Assembly (NCBI GenBank): GCA_049643905.1
Contig: JBARQW010000108.1
Coordinates: 1-56,700, forward strand
Direction: 5' to 3'
Source of the DNA: Candidatus Bipolaricaulia bacterium
GTDB taxonomy: Bacteria; Bipolaricaulota; Bipolaricaulia; UBA7950; UBA9294
DNA: 56,700 nt
Made by a program: the position numbers and the translations under genes. A model generated the notes under the pieces. The model saw only the letters and a list, made by a program, of their open reading frames with translations, ran no database searches and had not been told where the DNA came from. Each line of letters begins with the position of its first letter. Position 1 is the first letter of the stretch. Below are positions 37,806 through 46,283 of this stretch, in pieces.

Positions 37806-37947
37806 TGCTACCTCCTTTGTTGGCATTCTCATCTTTGTATCGAGCGGAAATAGGAAAGCGTCTTCACTCTAGCAGATGGACCCCCCTTGCGTCTGTAACC
37901 CCGATCACGCTGTCCACATGCCTCCTTTTGCGGTGTGTTCATCATTT

Positions 37948-38565
37948 CTAGAGTGCCACGGCGACCTGGTAGAGCGCCGACTCGATCGCTCCCTTCGCCG
38001 CCTCCAATGGATCGGCCGTCAGCAAGGAGAGCAGCGGACGATCTGCATAGGTCACCGCTGTCGAAAACTCGATGTCTCCTCTCGGACTGAACACGGTCGC
38101 AAGGAGCGCCACGGTGGCCTCCTTGTCGATCCCGAAGAGAAGTCCCAACGGGCTGATCAGCAGCTGAAGAGACGTGTCAAGGAATGCCGTGGCCCCGAGA
38201 AGGAGAAGCGAGCGCTCGGGCCTGTAGGAGATTCGGCTCTCCCAACGCACGAGCCGTAGGATCACGATGTGATGCGCATCGAGCGCCTGAGCGAGTCGCT
38301 GCAACCCCTCGACAGTCATGCTGTTGCCGACATACGTGTTCGTGAGGCGCTGCGCGTACATGAGTTCGCCGGGATTCGAGACCTCGACGCCCGCGATCAC
38401 GGCGCAACGTTGACTAGCGAAATTCTTCAGAAACTCCAAGTCAGCCGCCGGAACAGGCGCTGCGGCCTGCACGAAGACGGCGACTTTCTGCCCAACTGCC
38501 CCGAATCCGAGGATCAGGCCAACGACAACGGTCCACGTTACGATGTTTCGTATGCGCTTCAACAT
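37948..38565 (-). CDS. Membrane-anchored hypothetical protein
   Basis: 'MLKRIRNIVTWTVVVGLILGFGAV' is a TM anchor followed by a roughly 180-aa domain I do not recognise. The track ORF to 39108 runs through rplM in another frame, so I truncated it to the ATG at 38565, which is preceded by GGGGAG. Confidence 0.6.
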   Translation of the reverse strand: MLKRIRNIVTWTVVVGLILGFGAVGQKVAVFVQAAAPVPAADLEFLKNFASQRCAVIAGVEVSNPGELMYAQRLTNTYVGNSMTVEGLQRLAQALDAHHIVILRLVRWESRISYRPERSLLLLGATAFLDTSLQLLISPLGLLFGIDKEATVALLATVFSPRGDIEFSTAVTYADRPLLSLLTADPLEAAKGAIESALYQVAVAL

Positions 38566-38720
38566 CTCTCCCCACCACCCGTCTTGAGTCCTGTTGTAGC
38601 CGAGGAGAGCGTAGCCTTCGTGGGGCCTGGATCGAAAGGAACGGTGTCGAAGCGCTCGTCTGACTTTGTCTAGAGGTGTCTGGACATCTGTCCGAAGCAG
38701 CCCGGTCGAACGGCTCCGAG

Positions 38721-39164
38721 TTAGACTGCGAGCTCGGTGGGCTTCTGTGCGGAATGCGGATGACTCGGGCCGGCGTAAAGCTTGAGCTTGCGCAGCATCC
38801 GGCGTCCGAGCTTGGACTTCGGGAGCATCCGGCGAACCGCTTCTCGCAGAGGGAAGGTCGGCCGGCGCTCGATCAGCTTTCGGTACGAGATCTCCTTCAA
38901 TCCGCCGATCCATCCGCTGTGGCGTTGGTAGAGCTTGTCGTCCCACTTTCGCCCGGTCAGAGCGATGCGCTCGGCGTTGATCACGATGACGTAGTCGCCG
39001 GTGTCGACGTGGGGTGTGTAGATCGGTTTGTGCTTCCCTTGAAGGATCACGGCGATTTCGGACGCCAGACGGCCGAGACGCTGCCCGTCCGCATTGACGA
39101 CAAACCACTCGTGATCCCAGGTCTTCCCGATCTCTTCGTTCTTCGCCACAAACGTCCGCTGCAT
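38721..39164 (-). CDS. rplM: 50S ribosomal protein L13
   Basis: '[45 protein letters not shown]', '[12 protein letters not shown]', 'MLPKSKLGR'. Confidence 0.95.
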   Translation of the reverse strand: MQRTFVAKNEEIGKTWDHEWFVVNADGQRLGRLASEIAVILQGKHKPIYTPHVDTGDYVIVINAERIALTGRKWDDKLYQRHSGWIGGLKEISYRKLIERRPTFPLREAVRRMLPKSKLGRRMLRKLKLYAGPSHPHSAQKPTELAV

Positions 39165-39196
39165 ATCGGTCTCCCTAATCTACGAATCGAGGCGCG

Positions 39197-39225
39197 ATTA
39201 TATCGGGCGTTTGTTCCTGCATCAA
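39197..39225 (-). promoter_or_regulatory. Sigma70-type promoter for rplM
   Basis: The minus strand reads TTGATG (39225-39220), a 17-nt spacer, then a perfect TATAAT (39202-39197). The leader is about 26 nt and carries GGGAGA before the ATG at 39164. Confidence 0.55.
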
Positions 39226-39251
39226 AGGCGCGCAGGAACATCCACCCGTTG

Positions 39252-39272
39252 TTCCCGGCCCGAGGCCGGGAA
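39252..39272 (-). terminator. Perfect 9-bp hairpin 20 nt downstream of the purA stop
   Basis: TTCCCGGCC, loop tcg, GGCCGGGAA on the minus strand. There is no U-tract, so its role as terminator, attenuator or processing site is uncertain. Confidence 0.3.
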
Positions 39273-39291
39273 TAGCTCCTCCCGCACCCGA

Positions 39292-40572
39292 TCAAAGGCT
39301 CGCCGGGATGTCGTCCCGATGGATTGTCTCTTCCGGAGTCGGGCCGACGGAGACAATGCCGATGGGAACATCGGTCAGCTTCTCGATGCAACGAACGTAG
39401 TCGATCGCTCGTGCGGGCAGATCCTCCAGCCGCTGAGCGCCTTCCATGCTCCCCGACCATCCGGGGAGAGACTCGTAGACCGGCCGACACTTCCGCAACT
39501 CCTCAGCAGAAAGCGGAAACCGTTCGATTCGCCTCTCGTCCAGTTCGTATTCTCGGCAGATCCTGATCTCATCGAACCCCGCCAGCACATCGAGCTTCGT
39601 GAGCGCCATCTCTGTCGCTCCGTTGACGAACAGCGCGTGGCGCACGGCGACAAGATCGAGCCATCCGCATCTTCGAGGTCTCCCCGTCGTCACGCCGAAC
39701 TCCGCGCCTCGTTCCTGCAGTTCCGCTCCGAGATCATCGTCGAGCTCAGTGGGAAACGGCCCCTCACCGACGCGCGTCGTGTAGGCCTTGAGCACGCCAA
39801 TCCGACGCTCGACATCCGGCAAGGGAATCCCGATCGAGTTCCCGAGTCCGGCGAACGTCGTCGGAGACGACGTCACATACGGATAGGTCCCATGATCGAC
39901 GTCGAGGAGCGCCCCTTGCGCTCCCTCGAACAAGACGCGCTTCCCTTCAGCGAGCGCCATGGCAATGGCCCCCGACGCGTCACCGATGCTGCCCGTCAGC
40001 GGCTCGACAAGCCGCAGGAGGTCCGATGACAGGCCCGAAGCGGTCATCGTCTGGATCTCCTCACTCTCCGGCCACAGGCGCTTGAGGAGGGCCAGACGAT
40101 GGTCCAGACGCCCCCTGAGATCATCCCGCCGCAGCAGATCTCCTGCGCGAATCCCGACTCGGGACGCCTTGTCGCGATAAGCAGGTCCGATCCCGCGGCG
40201 CGTCGTCCCAAAGTGCGCACCACTTCCCTCAAGTTCTTCGAGCGTTCTGTGGTAGGGGAGAATCAGGTGGGCGTTCTCGGCAATCAGTACCTTCGGCACG
40301 CTCCCCAGGTGCGCGCCGATTTCATCGATCTCTCCTCGAAGCACCTCGAGGTCGATGACCATCCCGTTGGCAAGGACCGATACGGTCCCGGGGTAGAAAG
40401 CGCCGGCCGGGATCAAGTGCGTCCCGAACTTCACCCCGCGGTCGATCACGGTGTGGCCGGCATTCGGGCCGCCGTTGAACCGAACGACCATCTCCGCGTC
40501 CCGCGCCAACACGTGTGTGATCTTCCCTTTTCCCTCGTCGCCCCACTGCAGGCCGAGAACGGCCGTCGACAT
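39292..40572 (-). CDS. purA: Adenylosuccinate synthetase
   Basis: 'GLQWGDEGKGKITH', 'NGGPNAGHTV', 'GTTRRGIGPAY', 'TTGRPRRCGWLD'. Confidence 0.95.
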   Translation of the reverse strand: MSTAVLGLQWGDEGKGKITHVLARDAEMVVRFNGGPNAGHTVIDRGVKFGTHLIPAGAFYPGTVSVLANGMVIDLEVLRGEIDEIGAHLGSVPKVLIAENAHLILPYHRTLEELEGSGAHFGTTRRGIGPAYRDKASRVGIRAGDLLRRDDLRGRLDHRLALLKRLWPESEEIQTMTASGLSSDLLRLVEPLTGSIGDASGAIAMALAEGKRVLFEGAQGALLDVDHGTYPYVTSSPTTFAGLGNSIGIPLPDVERRIGVLKAYTTRVGEGPFPTELDDDLGAELQERGAEFGVTTGRPRRCGWLDLVAVRHALFVNGATEMALTKLDVLAGFDEIRICREYELDERRIERFPLSAEELRKCRPVYESLPGWSGSMEGAQRLEDLPARAIDYVRCIEKLTDVPIGIVSVGPTPEETIHRDDIPASL

Positions 40573-40581
40573 CTTCGCCTC

Positions 40582-43500
40582 CTATGCGCCTGCCCGACGC
40601 AGGCCGATCGTGATCGATCCTTCGTCCAGTTCGACCTTCTCGGAGTACTCCGCATCCGCGCTGTGCTTCGAAACGATCTCCTTGGCCAGCACTTCCGATG
40701 CAACCTCTGTCTCGTTTTCCGAGATGGCCCGTTCTAGAGCTTCGTCTCCCTCGTACGAGAGGATGATTCGGTCGGTAACCTCGAATCCGGCCGCCTTTCT
40801 CGCAAGCTGGATCCGATGGACAACCTCCCTGAGAAGGCCCTTGGCCTGCAACTCGTCATCGATCCGGCAGTCGAGGAGAAGCTCCACTCCGGCTTCTTCC
40901 GTCAACGTGTATCCGTCCTGCAGGACCGACTCGTAAACGACATCCTCCGCGTTCAGCACGATCGATCGACCCTCGAGGTCAACGGAGGTCGAACCTGACG
41001 TCAGCCGCTCACGCAGACCACCGGCGGACTGGGACCTGATCCAGACCCCAGCAGCCTGGCCGTCCGGGCCGAGACGCGGACCCAACGTGCGGAAGTTCGG
41101 GGCAGGCGTCTCTTCGTACGCCGCATCAAGCGACGCGGTTACCTCGATCCGCTCCACGTTCAGCTCCGTCTCAATCAACCCCGCGACGTCGCGCGAGATC
41201 GTTCCGCTCGACTTCACACGCGCGCCGGACAACGGCTGACGAACCCGGATCTGCGATTGGTTGCGTGCTTGGTGTCCGAGTGCCGCGATCCGCCTCGCCA
41301 GGGCCATCTCCGTCTCGAGATCTTCATCGACAGCGCCCGGATCCGCTGCAGGGAATCGACAGAGATGAACACTCTCCGGATCACCCTGTGCACGGAGTCT
41401 CATGTAGATCTCGTCCGCCAAATAGGGCACGAAGGGCGCGAGGAGCTTGCACGTTTCGAGGAGAACCTCGCGCAACGTCCCGTACGCGGAGATCTTGTCC
41501 GGCCCCATTCCGCCCTTCCAGAATCTTCGCCGCGACAGGCGGACGTACCAGTTGGAGAGGTCATCGACCAGCCCCTCCAACGTGGCGGTCGCTGTCACGA
41601 CGTCGTAGCCATCGAGGGCGCCGACCACCGTCTTCGTCGTCGAGTGCAAGCGCGAGCGGATCCAACGATCGAGTGTGGTCCCGGTCTCCGAAGCCGCATG
41701 AGATTCCGGGTCGTACCCATCGATCGAGGCGTAGAGAGCGAAGAAGTCATACGTGTTTCGCAACCTGTCCAAGAAGCGGTAGAGCGGCTCTGCGATGGCC
41801 TTCTCGGAGAACCGTCGCGTCTTCCAAGGCGTGGTCGTCGAGAAGAGGAACCAACGAATGCAGTCGGCGCCGTATCGGTCGATCAGCTTCCAAGGGTCGA
41901 GAGCATTCCCCTTGCTCTTCGACATCTTCAAGCCTTGTTCGTCTAGACCGAGGCCCGTGCTCAGGCACGTCCGATACGGAGCCACACCGTGCACGATCGT
42001 GCTTGTCGCCAACAGCGTGTAGAACCACCCGCGGGTCTGCTCCATCGCCTCGCAGATGAAGTCTGCCGGAAACTGATCGCGGAACGTCTCCTCATTCTCG
42101 AACGGGTAGTGCCACTGCGCCGTGTGCATGCTCCCCGCGTCGAACCACGCGTCGATCACGTACGGGACGCGATGAGCCTCCTGCCCGCACCCGATACACC
42201 GTAGGATCACATCGTCGATGTATGGGCGATGAAGTTCGACGCTCTCGGCGAGTGATGGATCGATCGCCCGTTCGATGAGCTCCGCACGGCTTCCAACGCT
42301 CGACACCTCGCCACAGCTTCGGCAGACCCAGAGGTTCAGCGGCGTTCCCCAGTATCGATCTCGAGAGAGTGCCCAGTCCTTCAGATTCGTGAGGAAGTCG
42401 GCAAGCCGTCCCTCGCCGACGTGCGCCGGGATCCACTGGATCTTGGCGTTTGACTCGATCATCTGATCCTTAACTGCCGTCGTCTGCACGTACCAAGAAT
42501 CCATTGCGTAGTAGAGAAGCGGCGTGTCGCAGCGCCAGCAGAACGGGTAGTCGTGCTCGTAGATCACCGATCGATAGAGGAGTCCCCGCTCGGCAAGATC
42601 CTCGACGATCTTCGGATCGGCGTCCTTGACGAACACACCTGCGCACATCGGGAACGCTTCAGTGAAGTTCCCTTCGAGGTCGACCGGCTGTACGAACGGA
42701 AGTCCGACCTCTTGGCCGAGTCGATAGTCATCTTCGCCAAAAGCGCTTGCGATGTGGACGATCCCGGTCCCATCCTCGAGGTTGACGAAATCGGCCGGAT
42801 ACACGCGGTGCGCTGCCGGGTCGACAGTCAGCAAGTACGCGGGCTCGTAACGAAGGCCGACCAGATCACTGCCTGGGAACTCACGAACCACACGTGCCTC
42901 GCCCTCGAGCGCTTTCTCCACCAGCGCTTTCGCGAGGATGAACCGCTCGTCGTTCTGCTTCACCTCAGCGTAGACTGCATCTTCCGCGACGGCCAACGCG
43001 ACGTTCGCCGGAAGGGTCCAAGGGGTCGTCGTCCAGGTCAAGAGCGAGACCGGATCATCTCCGTCACGCTTGTAGCACGACTCCTCGTCATTCGAGATCC
43101 TCATGCGGATCGAGACGGAGGGATCCTCGACGCTCTTGTATCCCTGTGCCACCTCGTGAGACGAGAGGCCCGTTCCACACCGCGGGCAGTACGGAAGCGT
43201 CTTGTGCCCTTGGTAAAGGAGGCCGCGGTCGAACATCGTCTTCAGTTCCCACCAGACGCTCTCGATGTACTCGTCGGCGTAGGTCACGTACGCGGCGTCG
43301 AGGTCGATCCAGAAGGCCATCCGCTCGATCATCCGCTCCCACTCGCCCTTGTAGCGCCAGACCGACTCCTTGCACTTCTCGACGAATCGCTCGACGCCGT
43401 AGGCCTCAATCTCCGCCTTGCTGTTGACGCCGATCTCCTTCTCAACCTCGAGTTCGACGGGGAGCCCGTGGGTGTCCCAGCCACCCTTCCTCAGGACGTA

Positions 43501-43731
43501 ATGGCCCTGCATCGTCTTGTAGCGGGGGAACAAGTCCTTGTAGACGCGCGGCATCAGGTGCCCGAAATGCGGCATCCCGTTCGCCGTCGGCGGGCCCTCG
43601 TAGAAGACGTAGCGCGGCCCGTCCTTCGTCTGTTCGAGCGACCTCTCGAACGTCTGGCCGGCTCGCCATTCCGCGAGGAGCGCCTCCTCCCTCGCAACCG
43701 GATCCTTGGTCAGTCTCTCATATCGCTTCAT
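40582..43731 (-). CDS. ileS: Isoleucyl-tRNA synthetase (long form, about 1050 aa)
   Basis: HIGH 'PPTANGMPHFGHL', KMSKS 'KMSKSKGN', editing-domain 'WTTTPWTLPAN'. ATG at 43731 follows GAGGTG; the alternative GTG at 43740 is less supported. Confidence 0.95.
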   Translation of the reverse strand: MKRYERLTKDPVAREEALLAEWRAGQTFERSLEQTKDGPRYVFYEGPPTANGMPHFGHLMPRVYKDLFPRYKTMQGHYVLRKGGWDTHGLPVELEVEKEIGVNSKAEIEAYGVERFVEKCKESVWRYKGEWERMIERMAFWIDLDAAYVTYADEYIESVWWELKTMFDRGLLYQGHKTLPYCPRCGTGLSSHEVAQGYKSVEDPSVSIRMRISNDEESCYKRDGDDPVSLLTWTTTPWTLPANVALAVAEDAVYAEVKQNDERFILAKALVEKALEGEARVVREFPGSDLVGLRYEPAYLLTVDPAAHRVYPADFVNLEDGTGIVHIASAFGEDDYRLGQEVGLPFVQPVDLEGNFTEAFPMCAGVFVKDADPKIVEDLAERGLLYRSVIYEHDYPFCWRCDTPLLYYAMDSWYVQTTAVKDQMIESNAKIQWIPAHVGEGRLADFLTNLKDWALSRDRYWGTPLNLWVCRSCGEVSSVGSRAELIERAIDPSLAESVELHRPYIDDVILRCIGCGQEAHRVPYVIDAWFDAGSMHTAQWHYPFENEETFRDQFPADFICEAMEQTRGWFYTLLATSTIVHGVAPYRTCLSTGLGLDEQGLKMSKSKGNALDPWKLIDRYGADCIRWFLFSTTTPWKTRRFSEKAIAEPLYRFLDRLRNTYDFFALYASIDGYDPESHAASETGTTLDRWIRSRLHSTTKTVVGALDGYDVVTATATLEGLVDDLSNWYVRLSRRRFWKGGMGPDKISAYGTLREVLLETCKLLAPFVPYLADEIYMRLRAQGDPESVHLCRFPAADPGAVDEDLETEMALARRIAALGHQARNQSQIRVRQPLSGARVKSSGTISRDVAGLIETELNVERIEVTASLDAAYEETPAPNFRTLGPRLGPDGQAAGVWIRSQSAGGLRERLTSGSTSVDLEGRSIVLNAEDVVYESVLQDGYTLTEEAGVELLLDCRIDDELQAKGLLREVVHRIQLARKAAGFEVTDRIILSYEGDEALERAISENETEVASEVLAKEIVSKHSADAEYSEKVELDEGSITIGLRRAGA

Positions 43732-43899
43732 CCCGCACACCTCGCTGACAGAAACACGAAAAACCGCTCCAAACCAACGTTCCCTCTACGCACGTTGAGA
43801 AAGTGATCCTCGAAGACGCCCCTAGCGGGGCACTGGAATATAGATCAGAAGGGGTCGATAGCGCGCTCGGTTCGCGTTCATCGTTCGATCACAGCCGGG

Positions 43900-43928
43900 A
43901 TCATAGCGACCCATTCTGCCGACGTCAA
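43900..43928 (-). promoter_or_regulatory. Sigma70-type promoter roughly 160 nt upstream of ileS
   Basis: The minus strand reads TTGACG (43928-43923), a 17-nt spacer, then TATGAT (43905-43900). Confidence 0.5.
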
Positions 43929-44123
43929 CTGCCTTATCTCGCCGTGAACCCTCACGGTGCTCCTCCTCCATCTCCAGATGAGGGGGACATCCGCCACGTC
44001 CCTGCCCGCCCTTCGTCCTACCCAGGAGCAGGAACCACGGGATCACTGCATGCGGGAGGCGTGTCGCCTCGATCGAACGCACCGGTCTTTGCGGTTCGCC
44101 GCCGAGTGGCGGACCCTCTTCCC

Positions 44124-44930
44124 ATGACACGTCGCCGGGTGCTGTGGGTCTGTCTGCTCGTCTTCACGCTTCTCGTCTCCCTCGCCGGCTGCTACCGTGA
44201 ATCGGACCCGGTCGCAGTTCTCACGAGCGCGGTCGTCAGCGGCCCGGCGCCGCTCGACGTCGGCTTCAACCTCTCCTACTCCGAACACCCACAGGGTAGC
44301 TCAATCGAGTTCCGCCTCGACTTCGGGGACAGCAGTACACCAGTCTCCGGCCAGGATCTCGACCTCGCGGTTCATCACACCTACGAATCCGGCGGAACGT
44401 ATGTCGCTGACCTGACGCTCGCCGACGACCGAGGAGGTCGGAGCATCGACCGATTGACCATCACCGTAAGCGACGACGGACCTCCCATCGGCGTCGGCGA
44501 AGGGATGACGGCCCCGGACTTCACCGCCCACACGACCGACGGAGGAGAGACTACGCTCTCCGACTTCCTCGGAAGCGTCATCCTGCTCGACTTCTGGGGG
44601 GTCTGGTGCGGCCCGTGTCGGCGGAGTATGCCGCACCTCGACGGATTGGCGAAGACCTTCGGCCCGCAAGGACTCGTCGCGATCGTGGTCAGCACAGATC
44701 ACGTCGAGCAGACGTCGATCGCCTACCTCGCCGACAACGGCTTCGACGACTTCGTCAGCGTTTGGGAACCGGGCGGGAAGTCCGGAAACCGCGTCGCGCA
44801 GCTCTACGGCGTGAGCAGCTCGAGTGTCGGCATCCCGCGCACGTTCTTGATCGACAGACAGGGCGTCATCCGTTTCGTCGGCCACCCGATCGCCGATCTC
44901 ACGATCATGATGATCGAGGCACTCCTCTAG
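44124..44930 (+). CDS. Lipoprotein with a PKD-like domain fused to a TlpA/ResA-type thioredoxin-fold oxidoreductase
   Basis: Lipobox 'LVSLAGC'. PKD-like 'FRLDFGDSS...HTYESGGTYVADLTLADDRG'. Thioredoxin 'VILLDFWGVWCGPCRRSMP'. The track ORF from 43803 is over-extended. Confidence 0.8.
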   Translation: MTRRRVLWVCLLVFTLLVSLAGCYRESDPVAVLTSAVVSGPAPLDVGFNLSYSEHPQGSSIEFRLDFGDSSTPVSGQDLDLAVHHTYESGGTYVADLTLADDRGGRSIDRLTITVSDDGPPIGVGEGMTAPDFTAHTTDGGETTLSDFLGSVILLDFWGVWCGPCRRSMPHLDGLAKTFGPQGLVAIVVSTDHVEQTSIAYLADNGFDDFVSVWEPGGKSGNRVAQLYGVSSSSVGIPRTFLIDRQGVIRFVGHPIADLTIMMIEALL

Positions 44931-46161
44931 TTTCGACATCCTGGCTCGCCTTCGAGTCGCCGTCTTCAGACGACGACCGCCAGCCGCGGAGCCACCGAAC
45001 GACAAAGACGGCCGCACCGAGTCCGACAACGTTCCAAAGCGGGAAGACCCAGAACAGGCCGAGGCCGTCCGCGATGAGCCCCGACACCGGTGGCCCGATC
45101 ATCTGTCCAACGGAGAAGCTGGAGCCGTGGAGTCCAGCGAGGATCCCCATCCCGTGCTTCTTTCCGAGCTCGGTTCGAATGCCGAGAAGAGACGCCCTGG
45201 AGAGCGCCGAGAGCGCACCAATCGCAAACATCACGCCGAGCACCGCGGGGAGTGTGCGAACGAACGGCACGACAAGGAGCAGGAGGGGGGCCCCGATACT
45301 CCCGATGAGGATTTGCGGGAAGCGGCGGTATCGATCGGCGAGGAAACCGAACGGGATCTGAAGGAGCGCTCCCCCGAAGAAGTAGGCCGACAACACATAC
45401 CCGATGTCCGCTTCCCCGAAACCGAAAACGCTGACAGCGTAGAGCGGATAGAAGGTGTTCAGCCCCTGCCGCCAGAACCCGCGAGAAGCGAAATAGATCA
45501 GGATCCCCTTCACGGCGTCGATCCGCAGAAGCTCGCGCAGGGGCCTGTGCGTCGGCCGCTCGTGAGGGACGATTCTCTTCGACCCATGGTCGGCCGGGAC
45601 CCAGACCGCGACCATCACCAGGGCGATCACGCTCAGGATCCCCATCGCCACAAACGCCGCTTCGTGCGACCACGCCTCGCCGACCCATCCGCCGATCAGC
45701 GGACCGAGCGAGACTCCGAGAAACATCGAAGAGTAGAAGACGTTCATCATCAGGCCGACCCGTTGACTCGGCGTGATGTCCCCGACATAGGCTTGAGCGA
45801 TCGGCGTCACCATCATCGACGCCGCGCCCTGAACGAAGCGGAGCGCACCGAGCTGCCACAGACTCCCCACGACCGTGTAAAGAAGCGAGAGGATCGAGAA
45901 AGCGCCAAGCCCGACGAGAATGAGTCTCCGTCGCCCGATCCTATCCGAAAGGCGCCCGACCCACGGCCCGATAGCGGCCCTCGACATCGGGAAGGCAGCG
46001 AAGGCGAGGCCGAGCTCGAACCCACTCGCCGAGAACCTGTTCGCGTAGAGGGGCAAGATCGGAGCGATGATTCCGATGCCAACGAGCGCAACGGCGGTGG
46101 CGACGAAGAGACTCGCGAACGTCCATGCGTACGTTTTCCTTCCGCCGTCCGAACCGGTCAC
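44905..46161 (-). CDS. MFS transporter
   Basis: About 12 TM segments. MFS motif A-like 'GRLSDRIGRRRLILVG', and a second-half 'LADRYRRFP'. Confidence 0.85.
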   Translation of the reverse strand: MTGSDGGRKTYAWTFASLFVATAVALVGIGIIAPILPLYANRFSASGFELGLAFAAFPMSRAAIGPWVGRLSDRIGRRRLILVGLGAFSILSLLYTVVGSLWQLGALRFVQGAASMMVTPIAQAYVGDITPSQRVGLMMNVFYSSMFLGVSLGPLIGGWVGEAWSHEAAFVAMGILSVIALVMVAVWVPADHGSKRIVPHERPTHRPLRELLRIDAVKGILIYFASRGFWRQGLNTFYPLYAVSVFGFGEADIGYVLSAYFFGGALLQIPFGFLADRYRRFPQILIGSIGAPLLLLVVPFVRTLPAVLGVMFAIGALSALSRASLLGIRTELGKKHGMGILAGLHGSSFSVGQMIGPPVSGLIADGLGLFWVFPLWNVVGLGAAVFVVRWLRGWRSSSEDGDSKASQDVETRGVPRSS

Positions 46162-46219
46162 AGCGGTCAGGGTAACGGCCCGACACCCCCTTCTCCAACG
46201 TCGAACACGTGGGTCGTCT

Positions 46220-46248
46220 TTGAGAGCGAGCCGGCGGATCTCTAAGAT
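46220..46248 (+). promoter_or_regulatory. Sigma70-type promoter for tldD-pmbA
   Basis: TTGAGA (46220-46225), a 17-nt spacer, then TAAGAT (46243-46248). It lies 35 nt upstream of the ATG at 46284. Confidence 0.45.
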
Positions 46249-46283
46249 CTGAGCTTAGCCAACACGAAAGCGACGGTGGTTCG

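Noticed and set aside
42553-43806. 417-aa plus-strand ORF
   Set aside because: It is antisense to ileS.
43741-43899. T-box riboswitch upstream of ileS
   Set aside because: The conserved T-box core (GGUGGUACCGCG-like) is not visible on the minus strand. It is reported only as a long leader of unknown type.
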